A stretch of DNA of 62,732 bases, counting the filler, from Basidiobolus meristosporus CBS 931.73 (taxonomy: Eukaryota > Fungi > Basidiobolomycota), in NCBI GenBank assembly GCA_002104905.1. It is 3 parts of 3 records of this genome, joined end to end, with 100 filler letters (N's around TTAATTAATTAA, not from the genome) between each part and the next. Parts side by side here need not be neighbours in the genome. Positions count along the whole stretch, not along the records: positions 34,101 to 62,732 come from MCFE01000880.1; 2 more parts are not named here. One strand, written 5' to 3'. Position 1 is the first letter of the stretch; every line of letters starts with the position of its first letter. Shown here piece by piece: positions 60,296 through 62,732 of the stretch. A model generated the notes under the pieces. It was not told the origin of the DNA, searched no databases, and saw nothing but the letters and a program-made list of their open reading frames with translations. The position numbers and the translations under genes were made by a program.

Positions 60296-62499
60296 GGGGG
60301 GGAGACAGTCACCAACAGGTGAAATCTTTATTTCAGTTGAAACAAAGAAGCCAGCGCTACTGTTGTAGCTTTGATACAAGAGTGTGTAGCTGAGGGGAAT
60401 TTGTAGGTAAGTTAATAAGAAGTGATGATAGTTCTTCAGTGCTCAAGACACTGTTCAGTGGGAAGGGGGGTAGCAAGAGAGGTAAGAATGACTTGTGAAC
60501 AACATTAATGAGGGGAATGTGATAAGGATTGATATTCATCATAAAGGGAGTGTGCTGCTGCAGATATTGCTGCCAAAGGTCTGTCAAGTACTTCAGGTAG
60601 GCCAGCTTGGGTTTTTCTGACTGCAGAATATAGTGAGCAAACTTCTTGACTTCAGGATCTCCAAGTATAGTTCTCCAGCAGGAGCCAGGTGTTGTGTGGT
60701 GTGTTCTCTTCCAGGCCTTAATCAGTGGGTTGTTGCAGTTGTGAAGTCTGAGATATAATCTGGTTCTAAGGTAGAGAAGTCTGATCTTATAGGGCATAAA
60801 CCCAAAAGCACCAAGAATAGCATGTCTGTAGGGGCATTCAGGCAAATGAGGCACCAAGGAGGTAATGCACCATACTGCAAACTTGTCAAGCTTAGTGCAG
60901 TCTCTAGAAGTAAGAGAGAGAAGTGGTAAGCCAAATTCCAGGACAGGGAAGACAAACTGCTTGAGTAGAAGGAGGCAGCTGGGAGCTGAAGTTGTAGGAG
61001 GAGTAACAGCCAGTAGCTTGTGGAGTGCCTGTCTTGCCAGGATAATTCTCTTCTTCAGGTGTGCTCCAGAGTCTAGTCCAGTAGGAAGGAAAGGAAAGCC
61101 AAGATATGTAGCAGAAACCTGAGCAGGTATAGTGGAGTTCTCCAAGTTGATGGGAGAGCCCAAAGGTACTGTCTTTGCAATGGAAAGCTGGAGATTATTC
61201 TTCTGCAGATACTGGTGGATGGTCTGGGAGTCTTGTTGCACATTGGAGGAGGATATTCTGATGTCATCAGCAAAGAGAGTAACCAGGCAGTCAGCTGAGA
61301 GTCTTGGGAAATCATTCAGGAAGATGGCAAACAGTATAGGACCAAGCACAGAGCCTTGAACCACTCCATTAGGAACTGAGAACACAGCTGATTGCTCACT
61401 TGGGTGCAGAATTCTTGCTTGTGGATCCAGAAACAGAGACCTGACAAGGAGGGTGAGAGAGGTACTGGAGAAGCATTGCAACTTGGACCAAAGCAGATTT
61501 CTGTCAACTGAATCAAAGGCCTTAGTAATATCAAACAGAACAGAGGGATACTTGCACTGGAGAGAGTGATCTTGGCTAAGTATGACTGCATATTCCAAGG
61601 AGAGGCCAGGAACAAAGCCAAACTGTGCAGGATGAAACTTGAGGGAGTCAGAGTAGAGCTCCTGAGCAAGCAGAAGCTCAAACACCTTTCTGCAGGTGGG
61701 CAGCAGAGATATTGGCCTGTAGGAGCTAGGATCCAGGTGCTTTCCTTTACCCTTGTACAGTGGCAGAACATTTGCAAAGGACCATTCCTCAGGAGTAGAA
61801 AGCTGGGCTGAGCATTGCTGAAACAGTGGAAGCAGAAGTGCAGACATGGCCTTGGTACTAGTCTTCAGAAGCTCATAGGAGATTGTGTCCACACCTGGAG
61901 CAGTAGAGTTGGGAAGCCTCTTGAGCACATTATGGATTCTCCTTTGATCAAGTGCAAGTGGGATGGGCAGAGTCTTGAAGTCAGGATGAAAGCCAGGAGT
62001 TGAGTACTGCTTTGTAGAGAAGAAGATGTTAGCCAGCTGTTCTGTTGAAGGTAACTTCCTGGAAGAGGGCCTCATTGCCCTGTAGAGTCTTGATACTGTT
62101 CTTGTTATAGAGTTGGAAGATTGCAGAGGCAAAGAACTCATAATATGATCCCAGAGCTGAGTATGCAGAGTGTGGTGAATTGCCTTGGAGTGGTGTATTG
62201 CTGTCAGGAGGAGTTTCTCTGTTTTTGGGTTAGGGAAACTCAGGTAGCTTTGTTGCAGGGCTGAAACAATGGATTCCCATTTTCTTGAGGTAACAGCAGT
62301 AGTCTTGCATGGCAGTGAGAGGGAGGCAGACACCAGAATCAGATGCTTCACAAAGAGCCAGGCATAGTTGAGATCATATGGCAGAGAAAGTAGCAAACTG
62401 GCAAGCTTCAAGTAGTTCCCAAAGTCTTTCTTCTGATTCTTGGTAGCTTTGTGGGTGAGCACAGTAAGTTTTGGCAGCTTCTTCTTCACAACTGGTTGC
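60296..62499 (-). mobile_element. Non-LTR retrotransposon (LINE), copy 2, truncated upstream of RT and capped by the telomere
   Basis: Contains ORF 60357..62489; ~60-bp 3' UTR; joined directly to (TTAGGG)n. Confidence 0.92.
60357..62489 (-). CDS. Reverse transcriptase, 5'-truncated, clearly diverged from copy 1
   Basis: TAPGVD, YRPISLL, QFGF, DITKAFDSV, GVVQGSVLGPILF, LFADD. Confidence 0.92.
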   Translation of the reverse strand: MKKKLPKLTVLTHKATKNQKKDFGNYLKLASLLLSLPYDLNYAWLFVKHLILVSASLSLPCKTTAVTSRKWESIVSALQQSYLSFPNPKTEKLLLTAIHHSKAIHHTLHTQLWDHIMSSLPLQSSNSITRTVSRLYRAMRPSSRKLPSTEQLANIFFSTKQYSTPGFHPDFKTLPIPLALDQRRIHNVLKRLPNSTAPGVDTISYELLKTSTKAMSALLLPLFQQCSAQLSTPEEWSFANVLPLYKGKGKHLDPSSYRPISLLPTCRKVFELLLAQELYSDSLKFHPAQFGFVPGLSLEYAVILSQDHSLQCKYPSVLFDITKAFDSVDRNLLWSKLQCFSSTSLTLLVRSLFLDPQARILHPSEQSAVFSVPNGVVQGSVLGPILFAIFLNDFPRLSADCLVTLFADDIRISSSNVQQDSQTIHQYLQKNNLQLSIAKTVPLGSPINLENSTIPAQVSATYLGFPFLPTGLDSGAHLKKRIILARQALHKLLAVTPPTTSAPSCLLLLKQFVFPVLEFGLPLLSLTSRDCTKLDKFAVWCITSLVPHLPECPYRHAILGAFGFMPYKIRLLYLRTRLYLRLHNCNNPLIKAWKRTHHTTPGSCWRTILGDPEVKKFAHYILQSEKPKLAYLKYLTDLWQQYLQQHTPFMMNINPYHIPLINVVHKSFLPLLLPPFPLNSVLSTEELSSLLINLPTNSPQLHTLVSKLQQ

Positions 62500-62732
62500 T
62501 TAGGGTTAGGGTTAGGGTTAGGGTTAGGGTTAGGGTTAGGGTAGGGTTAGGGTTAGGGTTAGGGTTAGGGTAGGGTTAGGGTTAGGGTTAGGGTTAGGGT
62601 TAGGGTTAGGGTTAGGGTTAGGGTTAGGGTTAGGGTTAGGTTAGGGTTAGGGTTAGGGTTAGGGTTAGGGTTAGGGTTAGGGTTAGGGTTAGGGTTAGGG
62701 TTAGGGTTAGGTTAGGGTTAGGGTTAGGGTTA
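62500..62732 (+). repeat. Telomere (TTAGGG)n, about 38 units
   Basis: G-rich strand runs 5'->3' to the end of the window; a few single-base variants. Confidence 0.98.

Noticed and set aside
62540-62712. Variant telomere units (TAGGG twice, 29 bp apart; TTAGG once)
   Set aside because: Too few to distinguish from sequencing or telomerase slippage errors.

Overview
Right-hand chromosome end of a eukaryote, most likely an early-diverging fungus (inferred from short GT-AG introns, TTAGGG telomere, CBM19-type protein and CRIB-containing WASP). CpG-depleted transposon graveyards (about 1-14.5 kb, 21-23.5 kb, 34.4-39.7 kb and 52.9-56.5 kb) hold Ty1/copia internal regions and LTRs, a CACTA-type element and a PIF/Harbinger-like element with MITE/foldback derivatives. 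They alternate with CpG-normal gene islands: a uridine phosphorylase-like gene, a secreted acidic Lys-Arg-repeat protein, a PH-domain gene, two C2H2 zinc-finger paralogs flanked by an ~800-bp inverted repeat, partial tRNA-Val, a Rab11-like pseudogene, a Ran1/Pat1-like kinase, CK2 alpha, SPF45 and WASP. The last 6 kb is a head-to-tail array SINE-LINE-SINE-LINE-(TTAGGG)n. Its APE-type LINEs and a putative tRNA-derived SINE share a 3' stem-loop terminus, lack poly(A), and mostly start from GTTAGGG remnants. This apparent telomere-targeted LINE/SINE pair is the most novel-looking system here. All coordinates and motifs were read by eye; no searches or alignments were run.
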